A stretch of 64,000 nt of DNA from an uncultured Chloroflexia bacterium. Its GTDB lineage: Bacteria > Chloroflexota > Chloroflexia > Thermomicrobiales > JALYUS01. The first letter of the stretch is position 1; the number at the start of each line of letters is the position of its first letter. Location: the NCBI GenBank assembly GCA_963763655.1, contig CAVXPY010000036.1, positions 113,320 through 177,319 on the forward strand, given 5' to 3'. The position numbers and the translations under genes are program-made. A model generated the notes under the pieces. That model was not told the origin of the DNA. It worked only from the letters and a program-made list of their open reading frames with translations, and made no database searches. This document shows positions 29,121 to 42,452 of this stretch, piece after piece.

Positions 29121-30806
29121 TTAGACTTCCATCACCATCGGCATAATCATCGGGCGGCGGCGGGTTTGCTCGTAGAGATACGATCCCGCGACATCTTTGA
29201 TCTTGCGGGTCAAGAAGACTCCATTCCTGCGGGTGGTGGCCGTTCGACGAAATGAGCGAATCGCGCACGCGATCCTTCGTACCCTCGATCAGGTCCGTAC
29301 TGCGCCGCTGCGAGACGAAGCCGCGCGAGACGATGTCCGGCCCGGAGACCAGTTTGCCTGTCTCCTTATCCACCGAGACGACGACCATCAGGATACCGTC
29401 ACGCGCGAGCATCTGCCGGTCGCGGATCACGACTTCACCGACTTCGCCCGCGCCGACACCATCCACAAAGAGGAAGCCGGCATGGACCGTCTCGGTCATG
29501 CCCGCAAAGTCTCGGCGAACGAGACGACGCTGCCATTCTTCGCGAGAACGATCGCGTCTTCGTCCCAGCCCATGCTCTCCGCCAGCCGCTTGATAGAGAA
29601 TGAGATGCCGCTGCTCGCCATGCAGCGGCATGACGTACCGCGGTCGCGTCAGGTTGAGCATCAACTTCAGCTCTTCCGTGGCTGGCGTGCCCGGAGACAT
29701 GCACGGTAGTCAGGGCGGAATAGATGACGTCCGCGCCCTGCTGAAAGAGGTTGTTGATGATCCGCCCGACGCTCGTCTCGTTGCCGGGGATCGGTGTCGC
29801 GCTGATGACGACCGTATCGCCGCGCGATGATCTTCAATTGCCGGTGATCGCCGCCTGCGATGCGGCTGAGGGCGGCCATCGGCTCACCCTGACTGCCGGT
29901 GACGACATAGACGACGCGATCTGGCGGCAGTTCGGATGCGCGCTTGACATCCACGACGACCCGCTGACGGGTCTTGCAGATAATTCGATCCCAAGCGCCA
30001 TCTCGACGTTATTTTCCATGCTCCGCCCAATCGGGCAGACCTTGCGCCCGTACCGCCCCGCGACATCCACGACTTGCTGGATGCGTGAGATCAGCGAGGC
30101 GAAGGTCGCGACGATGATTCGCCCTTCGGCTTGCGCGAAGATGCGGTCAAAGGCGTCGCTCGACGATCCGCTCCGAGGGGGTGAAGCCCGGTCGTCTCGA
30201 CATGCACGCAATCGGACACGAGGGCGAGTACGCCGCGCTTGCCGAACTCGGCAATCTTGCCGAAGTCCGTCGGGTGTCCATCCACGGGCGTTTGATCGAA
30301 CTTGAAGTCGCCGGTATGGACGATCAGCCCGGCAGGCGTCGTGATGCCGAAACCGACGCGAATCCGGGATCGAATGGCAGACGCGGAATGGCTCGATGCT
30401 TGAATGGCCCCGCCTCGATCACATCGTCCATCGCGAGCGGTGATGAGAGCGCCTTGTCGAGCAAACGGCGCTCGCGCAGTTTGACGCTGATCAGGCCGAG
30501 GGTGAGCGGGGTGCCGTAGATCGGCGGATTGCCGAGATCATTGAGCAGATAGGGCTAGCGAACCGATATGGTCCTCATGCCCGTGGGTGATGAAGATACC
30601 GCGAATGCGGTGCAGTCTTGTCCGCGAGATAGGTGATGTCGGGGATGACGAGGTCAACACCGAACATCTCTTCTTCGGGGAATCCGACACCGACATCCAC
30701 GATGATGATGTCGTTCACCATACTCGTAGACGATCATATTTTTGCCGACTTCGCCCATCCCACCAAGCGGGATAATGCGCACGCGCTTTTTTGTTGTCTT
30801 TGCCAA
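29121..30806 (-). CDS. rnj: Ribonuclease J (many frameshifts, likely sequencing indels)
   Basis: Fragments in successive frames: [73 protein letters not shown]. Confidence 0.93.
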
Positions 30807-31015
30807 GGGGAGTATGCCTCCAAACGTGTCGTAATGCGTCCTGCGGCGATCATATTTTGTACCAGACACGCCTCTGCGGGATGCGGCGTGCATGGTTTCG
30901 AGTCCAAAGATTAGTGAACAGTGGACAGTGAGCAGAGCGATGCACTATTCGTCATCGCGTGGTGTCGCAGAGGATCGTCTCGGCTGCCCACTGACTCCGA
31001 CTACCTACTGTCCAC

Positions 31016-31676
31016 TCAGAAGAGCGACAACTGCTCCGGCGGCTCCTCGTCCGATTCCGGTGCCGCCATCGCTTTCGCCTCTTCGAGCAGGGCCGGAATC
31101 TTCGTGATGTCTGCCTTCACATGCTCCATGAAGGCGGGCTGATGCAAGGCGGCAGCGGGATGGATCATCGGGAAGTAAATTCGCCCATCTGCCCGCTTCG
31201 GTTGCCCATGAATCTTCATAATCTTCTCGCCGGGAAAGAACCGCTGCATCGAGAAACGCCCGACAGCGACGATCATGCGGGGGTTGATCAGCGCGATCTG
31301 CCGGTCGAGGTAGTTGCTCGTGCAGGTACTGACCTCGTCCGGCAGCGGATCGCGGTTCCCCGGCGGGCGGCACTTGACGAGGTTCGTGATGAAGACTTGG
31401 CTGCGACTCGATGCCAACGGAGGCAAGGAGATCGTTGAGCAGATTCCCGGCCGCCCCAATGAATGGGCGACCCTGCTGATCTTCATGGAAACCGGGGGCT
31501 TCACCGATGAAGAGGATGGGGGCATCGAACGGGCCATCACCGGGCACGGCTTTCGTGCGCATCTTGCAAAGATCGCATTTCGTGCAGACGCGGATCTCGT
31601 CCGCGATTGCTGCAAGTTGCGCCGCCACATCGTCCCGTATCGCGCTGACCGACCGTCTCTCCTCGTCCTCCTGCAT
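31016..31676 (-). CDS. Uracil-DNA glycosylase family 4 (one frameshift near 31410)
   Basis: CTKCDLC, FIGEAPGFHEDQQGRPFIG, ITNLVKCRPPGNRDP and HPAAAL motifs. Confidence 0.92.
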
Positions 31677-31899
31677 CGTTCTCGCTCACTCTCATCTGAT
31701 TTCGAACAGTCATCACTCACATACTATTCCGCGGTGGAACGGCACGCTGCCAGTATAGCATGGCGATGTGCCGTACACCTCACTCGCCGCGTGTACGTAC
31801 TGATCGCCCGTGCCGCGGGCGTGGCACCGATTTCGGTCTCGCTTCGGTGCAGTCGCTCCCGCGTTGCTCCCGACGGACGAAGCGGGAGCAAGGGGGTAA

Positions 31900-33359
31900 G
31901 GACGTACGCCGCGCAGGAGCGACTGCCCATAGCGCGATCAGCGCATCACGGTCTCGGGTTCGCGGGCCTCGGCATAGATGCGGGCGAGCGGTTCCGTGCC
32001 GCTCGTGCGGACGAGGAGCCAGCGCCGGTCTTCCCCGATCAGCTTGATGCCATCCAGCGTGACCGTTTTCGTCACGGGCGTACCCGCGAGGTCATTGCCT
32101 GCCGTGTCGATCGCGGCGAGACGGGCTCGCACATGCATCCATCGTCTGCGGCAGCGAGTGGGACATCTTCCCGGCGGTAATGCCACTCGCCCGTGCGGAT
32201 TTCTACGCCGTAGCGCAACCCGGCGATATCCGTGCCCCGTCGCTGCAGCAGATCGAGGATATAGAGTGCGGCAACGAAGGCGTCGCGCTCCGGCAAGTGC
32301 GTGCCGAAGGCGAAGCCGCCGCTCTCCTCCCCACCGAGCATTGCTGTATGCTCGACCATTGCCGGGGCGATATGCGCGTAGCCAATCGGCGTCTCGATCA
32401 GCGGCACGCCGTAGCGCTCCGCGAGAATATCGAGCATCACCGAGCCATTCACAGATGCGGACAATCGCGCCATCGGGCACATCTTCCCGCTCGCCGAGGT
32501 ACATCGCGAGCATGGCGAAGGTGTCCTGACTGCTGACGATACTGCGCCTTTGATGTCCACAAGCGCGATGCGGTCTCCATCGCCATCGAAGGCGATGCCG
32601 AGGTCGGCCCCATGTGCCTTCACCGCCTGCCATCAGCGGGCCGAGCGTCTCTGCGAGCGGCTCCGGCCCTTTCATGCCGGGGAAGAGCGGGTTGCGCTCG
32701 CTGCGGATTTCGATGATCGGGCGCGATGCCCCGTGCCGAGCAGCTTCTGCAGCACGCCTGCTCCCGCACCATACATCGCGTCCACGACGATGCGCAGGTC
32801 CGCTCGCCGGATCGCTTCGATATCCACGAGGTTGCCGTACGCCGTCTGAACGCCGGGAACGGATCAATCGGCATATATCGCCCATCGATATAAGGCTCGC
32901 CGAAGCGAGATGAGCGGGATCTCATCGCCGCTCAATCGCCGCGTATCCGCGTACGTCTCGATCACCGTTGATCGCCGTGCGGTCAGCGGGCGCGCCGATG
33001 GCTGGTCTTCACCTTGATCCCGTTGTAGATCCGCCGGGTTGTGGCTCGCGGTAATCATCACGCCTGCTGCTGCCTGCGTATGCGGCACGGTGAAGGTGAC
33101 AACGGGCGTCGGCACCGGGCCATGATCGCAATAGAGCACGCGCACGCCCTGCCCAAGGAGCGCTTCCGCGACTGCCTGCGCGAACTCCTCGGACATGAAT
33201 CGCCGGTCGTGCCCGACAACGACGCCCCGCTGATCTGCACCTTCGCGTTTGCTTCACCCAATCGGCAATCGCGGCGGCGCAGAGGCGAACATTTGCCAGC
33301 GTGAACTCGTCCGCGATGACCGCCCGCCAGCCATCGGTCCCGAAACGTATCATCGTCAC
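31900..33359 (-). CDS. Phosphoglucomutase/phosphomannomutase family (frameshifted; 3' end approximate)
   Basis: IRFGTDGWR, MITASHNP, FDGDGDR, GGEESGG and RTSGTEPLARIYAE motifs. Confidence 0.92.
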
Positions 33360-33382
33360 TGTGCTCCCTTCTAAGGACGATG

Positions 33383-33403
33383 GACTGAGGACTGAGGACT
33401 GAG
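33383..33403. repeat. Heptamer tandem repeat (GACTGAG)3
   Basis: gactgag gactgag gactgag; related heptamer runs at 30913, 40203, 44339 and 57640. Confidence 0.8.
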
Positions 33404-33691
33404 CGGGATGCACCACATTCGTGGCCCGCCATTGCCAATACCATCAGAACCCGCAGCCGATTTCGCTCATGCCATCAGCGTGGCAGCGTAGCATACTGAG
33501 CAGTTTATCGTCTGTAGTGGATCGCTGACATCCGGACATACAGGAGCGTAAACACAAGGAAACAGGGTGGAAAGGCGCGTGGGGTGCGCTCTACGCAGAT
33601 CGTGCGGGTAGCTGTCCGATGCGTTATCTGTACCGTATTGGGCAGATACCCGCCTCCATCGGGAGAACCATGTTCTAGGCACAAGACGCTA

Positions 33692-34903
33692 TTATCCGGG
33701 GGCGGCCCCCTGGGTGTTCACATAGACGGCATAGATCGACTGGCTGGCGGTCATGAAGAGGCGGTTCCGCTTCAGGCCACCAAAACAGAGATTGGCGCAG
33801 ACCTCCGGTAGCCGGATGCGCCCGATGAGCTTGGCCTGTGGGGTGAAGACGACCACACCATTGTAGCCAAGCGTACTGCCGGTATTGCTGGAGCACCAAA
33901 GATTGCCGTCCACATCGACGCGGATACCGTCCGGCCCACAATGAACGCCGTCGATCATCATGTCGCTGAACACTGCCCCATTGGCGAGTTTGTTGTCTCC
34001 CGTCACATCGAAGGCGAGGATATTGCCCGGCCCGCCCTTCGTATCTCCCGGCCCCGCGCCCGTATTGCAGACATAGAGCCGCTTGTAGTCCTGCGAGAAA
34101 CAGAGCCCGTTTGGGTCCTCAACCTGATCGGTGACGAGATCAACCCGGCCACTCGGATCGACGCGATAGATCGAGTTCGGCAACTGTCGGGTCTGCCCAC
34201 CGCCATCCGGTGCACCGAGCTTGGGGTTGAGCGGCCCCCCGGCATCCGGCTGACCCTCGAACAGCGACTCGCCATAGGGCGGGTCCGTGAACCAGACGCT
34301 GCCGTCGGGATGCGGGACGATATCGTTGGGCGAGTTGAGCCTCTTGCCGTTATAGGAGTCCGCAAGCACGGTCATCGAGCCGTCGAGTTCCCAGCGTACG
34401 ACGCGGCGGAAGAAGTCCTGACAGGAGAGTTGGCGACCCTGGAAGTCAAAGGTGTTGCCGTTACTATTGTTTGACGGCGTGCGGTAGGCGGTCACACGAC
34501 CATCCTCCTGTATCCAGCGATACTGGACGTTGCCGCCGACATCGCTCCACAGGAGATAGCGCCCCTCGCTGTTCCAGGCCGGCCCCTCCGCCCATAGCGC
34601 CCCCGTCCAGAGTCGCTGGATCGGTGAGTTGAACACCCGATATTTCTCGAACGAGGGATCAACGGCAAGGACATCGGGATCGGGATAGATGTTCGGTGGC
34701 GCGTCAGGCCCCCACTGGCGCGGCGGATTCGAGACAACGCTCGGTGGCGTTGCCTGACCGGGGGCCTGGGCGTGGGCGGCAATGGGCGTCATCATCGCCG
34801 CAGTGCCGACCATCCCCGCGGCCGCTTTGATCAGCGTGCGCCGTGGCATCGAGCGAGTGCTATGGCGGTTGGACATTTCCTGCGTCACGGACTCCTCCTC
34901 CAT
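33692..34903 (-). CDS. SMP-30/gluconolactonase family protein with Tat-like signal
   Basis: RRTLIK twin-arginine; WAEGPAW, LNSPNDIV, FTDPPYG, PNGLCFS and PDGIRVDVDGN motifs. Confidence 0.93.
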   Translation of the reverse strand: MEEESVTQEMSNRHSTRSMPRRTLIKAAAGMVGTAAMMTPIAAHAQAPGQATPPSVVSNPPRQWGPDAPPNIYPDPDVLAVDPSFEKYRVFNSPIQRLWTGALWAEGPAWNSEGRYLLWSDVGGNVQYRWIQEDGRVTAYRTPSNNSNGNTFDFQGRQLSCQDFFRRVVRWELDGSMTVLADSYNGKRLNSPNDIVPHPDGSVWFTDPPYGESLFEGQPDAGGPLNPKLGAPDGGGQTRQLPNSIYRVDPSGRVDLVTDQVEDPNGLCFSQDYKRLYVCNTGAGPGDTKGGPGNILAFDVTGDNKLANGAVFSDMMIDGVHCGPDGIRVDVDGNLWCSSNTGSTLGYNGVVVFTPQAKLIGRIRLPEVCANLCFGGLKRNRLFMTASQSIYAVYVNTQGAAPG

Positions 34904-35263
34904 CGGTCATCAGTCAGAGTGAAGCATCAATCGCCGCCACCACGAAAGCGATTCGTGGCGGAACACAGGCCCATAGCTGACCATGACGGTCAGCTATGGC
35001 GGATGGCGGGCGCGATCGTACCCTCGATGAGAGCCGCACCACACGATCGGCATCGCCGCATCCCCTCCGCGCTATACAGGGAGTGATCGATAGATTGTCT
35101 GGATCAGAAGTCACCAAGGGACCTACTGCAAGGGTATGCACTCACAGCGCACGTAACGTGGCGAGATATGACGACGAGAGCATTGGTCACTTTGCGTGCA
35201 CTTCGCACAATAGACTATTTCTCATGCGTGTGCAAGCGTCGGGCGAAATGGATTCCCTGTGCC

Positions 35264-37466
35264 TTACTCTTCGCCGGGTGGCAATTCGTCATCGTCGTCC
35301 GCGAGCACGGCATCGAGATCCGCCTTCGTCCAATCCTCGGCGGCGGCATCGTACGAGACGAGCAATTCCGCGAGCGCCCACCACCCGGCAGCAGATTCGC
35401 GATCCTCGGGCAGCGGGAACTGCCCCGGCTCCTGCGCGTGATGGTGAAGCCACCGCTCGATGATATGGAGTTCATCGACATCGTCCTGCGCGATGACGGG
35501 ATGGCCCCCTCCCTGACCCTCCCCCGCCGTGCGGGAGAGGGAACCGCGCCACCATCGTCCTCGCGCTCTTCTTCGCTCTTTTGTACTTCCCTCTCCCGCT
35601 TGCGGGGGAGGGGTGGGGGAGGGGGCCGACTTCCACCGCTCGCCGATAGGCAGCGATTAGCCATTCTGCGACGAAAGCGACCGGCTCATTCCGCTTTATC
35701 CGCCGCTGCGCGGCCATCCGACCATGGACAATCAGCAAGCTTCGGTACGATTCCGGCTCCGCCGATGGCAGCGCGAGGACGAGATTGCCCCGATTCCACC
35801 TGCCTGGCGAGTGTTTGATGGACCGCCGCGACCGAGGTCACCGTGCGCATCGCATCGCGCAGCCGCGCGGCATCCTCGAAATCGAGCCGTTCCGCCGCCA
35901 ACTCCAGTTTTGCCTGAAGCCGGTTGCGGATGCTGTCATGCCGCCCTTCGAGGAAGGCCATCGCGTCGTCAATGAAGGTGAAATACTCCTTAGGGTCGCC
36001 TTGCGCCGACGCACGGGCCGAGGCACTTGCCCATGCCGAGCCGGGGGCACGGGTTGCCCCACTTCTTCGGGTTCGAGAAGCCGCGCGTGCAGGTGACGAG
36101 CGGCAAGATTTCCGCAAGCACATTGACGGTCCGCTCGGCGGCGCTACGCGAGCGGAAGGGGCCGAAGTAGCGCGCGCCATCGTCCTTGACCGTCCGCGCG
36201 AGGTGGATACGCGGCCACGGCTTCTGCACCTCGATCTTGATATACGGGTAGAGCGCGTGGTTCTTCATCGCCCGGTTGTAGCGCGGCTGATGGCGATGAA
36301 TGAGTCGGGATTCGAGCAGTAATGCCTCGAGCTCGCTCCCCACAACCTCGATCTCGATCCGCGCGATCGCTTCAAGGAGGCCATCCATCTTGCGCGTCAG
36401 GCCCATGTGCTGCGAGTAGTACGAGGAGACGCGATCGTGCAGGCTCTTCGCCTTGCCGACATAGATGATCCGCCCATCCTCATCGAGCATCCGGTAGACG
36501 CCCGGTGCGTACGGTACGGTCTTCAGCCAGGCGCGGTCCAGATACGCCTTGCCACTGCCGACCGCCTCGACGCCGCTCGCGTTGCCGTGCGGTTCTGCCG
36601 TTGCGGGGATCGCGAGCGCCTGCATTGCCTCCAACGTCGGCAACCCGGCCTGCTTGGCGAGGGGCAGGAGCCGATGCAGCGATTCCGCCGTCAGCCGGGC
36701 ATCCCCCTCCGCACGATGCCGGTGCGCGATCGGCACACCGAGCGTCGCGGCCATCCGTTCGAGGTTCGGTTTCTTCAACCCCGGCAGGAGCCGGACGGCG
36801 AGCGAGAGCGTATCGAGGCGCGCGTTGACGAGCGGCGGCTTACCGACACGCGCCAGTTCCGCATTGACGAACGAGACATCGAAGCGGACATTGTGCCCGA
36901 CGATCAGCCGTTCTCCGATGAAATGCAGGAGGTTATCGGCGACAGCGGCGAACCGCGGCGCGTGCTGCACCATCTCATCCGTGATGTGCGTCAGCTCGGT
37001 GATGAAGCGCGGTAGCGTCTTTTCCGGGTTAAGAAGGGTCGTGAAGATGTCGATAATCTCACCCTCGCGGATTTTCAGCGCGCAGACCTCGATCAATCGT
37101 TGCCGGAAAGGGCGGAGGCCGGTCGTCTCGACATCGAGCACGATGTATTCGCCCGTGCCCGCCAGATCATCCACCGTGGCGGGGACGGCGATCTCTTCCA
37201 CGAGCGCCCAATGCATATCGGGCCGGAGGCGAAAAGTTGCCGGTTCATCAAGGACCGTGCGGATCAGCGTCCGCCAGAGCGCGGGCGGCCCGCCGGAACC
37301 GAAGACATGCCGGATGACCGCGTCTTCGTGCGCCGCGCCGCCCTGCGCGCGCAGATAGAGATACGTCCGCTGCCGCAGCCATGCGTATTGATCGCCTCCC
37401 TCCTCCGTATGAGTCTGCGATTGCCCTGATCGGCGTTACATCTCGTCATCATCTGGCTGTGGTCAT
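35264..37466 (-). CDS. DEDDh exonuclease-GIY-YIG (UvrC/Cho-like) fusion, frameshifted, with an internal repeat-derived insertion
   Basis: VLDVETTG, GHNVRFD, HRAEGDA; PGVYRM..IIYVGKAKSL..RVSSY; FGPF; UVR AAERLDFEDAARLRD; C-terminus DDVDELHIIERWL...PPGEE* ends at 35264. Confidence 0.88.
35503..35627. repeat. Family A doublet inside the exonuclease-UvrC CDS
   Basis: ggccccctccctgaccctcccccgccgtgcgggagaggg...ccctctcccgcttgcgggggaggggtgggggagggggcc. Confidence 0.85.
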
Positions 37467-37486
37467 CGTTTCTCCCAGTGCGATGT

Positions 37487-37498
37487 GAACGTACGTTC
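37487..37498. promoter_or_regulatory. LexA (SOS) box GAAC-GTAC-GTTC
   Basis: Perfect palindrome 20 nt upstream of the DNA-repair fusion gene. Confidence 0.8.
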
Positions 37499-37551
37499 TA
37501 TCATGTCAGCGTACCCCACCGTCATGCACGCTGCAAGCCCGCGCGGGCGAT

Positions 37552-37999
37552 TCAAAACCGCAGGACACACCGACGCCCGCAAGGAGGAGCACCGCCCCAA
37601 CGATCCGACCGGGGCTGACGGATGCGCCGTGATACCGAGCAGGCCAAAATGGTCGATGGTGACCGACGCGACGAGTTGCCCTGCGATCACGCACGCGACG
37701 AGCGCCGCCGAGCCGAGCCGGGGGCCACTGACGACGCTGACAACGACATAGAACGCGCCAAGCAATCCACCTGCCCATATCCACCATGGTGCGTGGACGA
37801 ACTGTCCACCAGGCGGCCATGCGCGGCGCGTTGCGACGAAGCAAAGCAGAAGTGCGAGCGTCCCAACTGCGAAGGAGATCATCGAGGCCCAGATCGGCTG
37901 GCCGGAGAATCGCCGTAACTGTCCATTGACCCCGAACTGCACCGTCGCACCAATCCCGGCAGCGAACGCAAGCAGTAAATATTGCGGCCCCATTTTCAT
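37552..37999 (-). CDS. DMT family transporter (DUF606/YdcZ-like); 3' frameshift
   Basis: QFGVNGQL, ISFAVGT, PWWIWAGGLLGAFYV and GQLVASVTIDHFGLLG motifs. Confidence 0.88.
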
Positions 38000-38126
38000 T
38001 GTTTCCCTATTACGGTATGACCGGAGACGGAATTGGAGCCGCGCATGGGAAAATCTCGCCGACAGTTCATGTACGTTCATGATATACTTTCCGTGAATGA
38101 ATTGCGACGATTCAAGAGAGCGATAA

Positions 38127-40202
<2,076 letters not shown>

Positions 40203-40210
<8 letters not shown>

Positions 40211-40243
40211 TGAGTAGCGAGTAATGAGTAACGAGTAACGAGT
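40203..40243. repeat. Heptamer tandem repeat (A[T/C]GAGT[A/G])n with an inverted partner at about 40258-40298
   Basis: atgagtg atgagta gcgagta atgagta acgagta acgagt. Confidence 0.75.
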
Positions 40244-40331
40244 GGATACGGACCCTTCTCGTTACTCGATACTGTACTTTTCTCTCATTGCTCATTGCTG
40301 TGAAGAAAGGTTACTGGATTGCCACGCAACG

Positions 40332-40559
40332 ATGAGGCACGGTTTACGCCCGGGTACGCGCATCCCGTCCGTGAAGACGATCCCGTACCACACGGTACGG
40401 ACCATCGGGCGACTCTGCCAGATGATCCTCGAACTGCGCGACGAGTACGAGCGCCGCCCGCGCCCGGACCTGCTCGATCAGATCGAGCAGCGCCTGACCG
40501 AACTCGCCAACCTGCACATCGAACTGCGCGAGCGCCGCCATCTGCATCCGGAGTCGTAA
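40332..40559 (+). CDS. Small hypothetical helical protein (75 aa)
   Basis: MRHGLRPGTRIPSVKTIPYHTVRTIGRLCQMILELRDEYERRPRPDLLDQIEQRL...; codon usage resembles the host genes. Confidence 0.55.
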   Translation: MRHGLRPGTRIPSVKTIPYHTVRTIGRLCQMILELRDEYERRPRPDLLDQIEQRLTELANLHIELRERRHLHPES

Positions 40560-40577
40560 GCGCAATAGATTTTTCCT

Positions 40578-40644
40578 GGTGGTAGCAGGCTTTCCAGCCT
40601 GCCCACTCGCCGCAGGAAGGCAGGCTGGAAAGCCTGCTACCACC
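40578..40644. repeat. Family C REP-like palindrome
   Basis: ggtggtagcaggctttccagcctgcc...ggcaggctggaaagcctgctaccacc. Confidence 0.88.
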
Positions 40645-40676
40645 GATTCTTCCCTTATTGACAAGCCGGGACCACG

Positions 40677-41264
40677 TTAGCGTGGCCCCGGCTTCGCGGT
40701 CGTGCCGGGCTTGATGAGGGGAACACCGGCCGCACAGAGGGGGCAGGAATCGGGCGGGTAGGCGGCGATGGCTTCCGCATGGAGCGCGACGAGCGGCACG
40801 CCGAAGTCCACCTTCCCGCCGGAACGATCCCAGAGCACCCCGATACCCACAACCTCCACCTCATACGGTTCGAGCGCCGCCAATGTTTCGCGCACACTGC
40901 CGCCCGTCGTGAGGATGTCATCGACCAGCAGCACGCGGGTGCCTGGTGCTAAGGTCGTCCCCCGGCGAATCGCGCGCCCGCTCTCCCCCTCGCGCTCGGC
41001 ATATGCCGCCAGGACGCCCATCTGCCGTGCGGTCTCGAAGGCGATCAAAATACCGCCCGTCGTCGGGCCGACGACCACTTCGACACCCGCATCTGCGAAG
41101 GCACGGACGAACCCCGTGCAGATCTGCTCTGTCGCGCGCGGGTTGCGCAGCAGATCGAACTTCTCGACGTAGGTATCGCCGTGAAGCCCCGACGAATAGA
41201 GGAAATGACCCTTCTTGATCGCCCCTGCCGCGCGAAGCACCTCACCCGCTGTCGGTTCGCTCAC
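40677..41264 (-). CDS. pyrE: Orotate phosphoribosyltransferase
   Basis: GHFLYSSGLHGDTY, GPTTGG and LLVDDILTTGGSV motifs; end of the pyr operon. Confidence 0.93.
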   Translation of the reverse strand: MSEPTAGEVLRAAGAIKKGHFLYSSGLHGDTYVEKFDLLRNPRATEQICTGFVRAFADAGVEVVVGPTTGGILIAFETARQMGVLAAYAEREGESGRAIRRGTTLAPGTRVLLVDDILTTGGSVRETLAALEPYEVEVVGIGVLWDRSGGKVDFGVPLVALHAEAIAAYPPDSCPLCAAGVPLIKPGTTAKPGPR

Positions 41265-41278
41265 ACACCACCCCTCTC

Positions 41279-41771
41279 TCATTCATCAAGCCGCCATACC
41301 GCCGTCCGCGTTTCGTAGACTGTAAACCCGACGCGCCGATGCAGCGCGAGCGAGGCCGCATTGTCGATGTGGATGCCCGCGAGGATTACCGTCGCGCCCG
41401 CCGCCCGCGCCCAATCGTGCAGGGTCCGATAGAGCGCGCTGGCAACGCCGCGCCGGTGCTGTGCGGGTTGGACGGAGATGTCCTCCACCCAGACCGCGAG
41501 CGGTTCGAGGTCGAAATGGTGCAGCGTCTGCGCCATGACGTAACCGACGAGTGCGCCGCTCTCTTCCGCGACGAAGGAACAGCCCGTCTGCACATAGAAG
41601 GTGAACGCGTCCGGCGTGATCGCCCGCTGCCCCTCGCGTCGCTCAGGCGTCGCGCTCTCCCAATCGAAGCCGAGAAAGGTACGAGCGGCATAGCGCATCA
41701 CATCGTCATCAAGCGTGCGGAGTGCATCGTAATCGCCTGCGCTGCATCGGCCGGACCGCGACTGCCGCCAT
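41279..41771 (-). CDS. GNAT N-acetyltransferase (probable 5' indel; ORF track start at 41701)
   Basis: VQPAQHRRGVASALY and NAASLALHRRVGF motifs. Confidence 0.85.
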
Positions 41772-41777
41772 CAGGTG

Positions 41778-42368
41778 TTATGCGCCCGTGCGACCGTAGC
41801 GGGCGAACACCGCCTGCACCTCGGGCGCGGTCGCCAGTTCGAACGGGGTCTTGCCGTTGTAGTCCTGCACGGTCGTATCGGCACCCGCTTCGAGCAGCAC
41901 ATCGACCACATCGGCGTAGCCGCGCCGCGCCGCGCCGTGCAACGGCGTTGTCTGGTAAGGCACGCGGGACATCGCGTTGACATCCGCTCCTCGCTCAATC
42001 AGTAGTGCCGCGAGGTCGCCATCCGTGGCGAAGCTGAGGATCGGGATCTGATGAATACCGGGCATCTTCGCGAGGCCCGGATTCGCGGCGAGGAAGGCTT
42101 CAACGCGCGCGCGATCGCCGATGAAGGTCGCGGTGTAAATGTCGTGTTCCGCGCCGTGTGCCAGGAGCACATCCGCGATAGCGCGGTTATGGGTGTGCGA
42201 TGCGGCGGCCAGCGGCGTCTCGCCGCCGAAATCGCTACCGACGCCCGGTTCGTTGATCAGTTCCGGTCGCTGCCCGACGAGTTCCCACACCGCTTCAAGC
42301 CGCCCGTGAGAAGCGAGCACTAAGGCATTGCGCTCCTGAATCTGGGCATCGGTCATCTCTGCCATCAT
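41778..42368 (-). CDS. Ankyrin-repeat protein
   Basis: ETPLAAASH, TTPLHGAARRGYADVVDVLLEAGAD and GKTPFELA motifs. Confidence 0.9.
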   Translation of the reverse strand: MMAEMTDAQIQERNALVLASHGRLEAVWELVGQRPELINEPGVGSDFGGETPLAAASHTHNRAIADVLLAHGAEHDIYTATFIGDRARVEAFLAANPGLAKMPGIHQIPILSFATDGDLAALLIERGADVNAMSRVPYQTTPLHGAARRGYADVVDVLLEAGADTTVQDYNGKTPFELATAPEVQAVFARYGRTGA

Positions 42369-42384
42369 ACCCTCTCTCATTTCT

Positions 42385-42449
42385 GGTGGTAGCAAGCTTT
42401 TAGCCTGCCCTCTTGATGCCGGAGAGGCAGGCTAAAGGCCTGCTACCAC
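42385..42449. repeat. Family C REP-like palindrome
   Basis: ggtggtagcaagcttttagcctgcc...ggcaggctaaaggcctgctaccac. Confidence 0.85.
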
Positions 42450-42452
42450 TGG

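Noticed and set aside
33664-33676. AGAAC-CAT-GTTCT as a LexA box
   Set aside because: The spacer is 3 nt rather than 4 and it lies just downstream of the gluconolactonase stop; only plausible if a base was lost.
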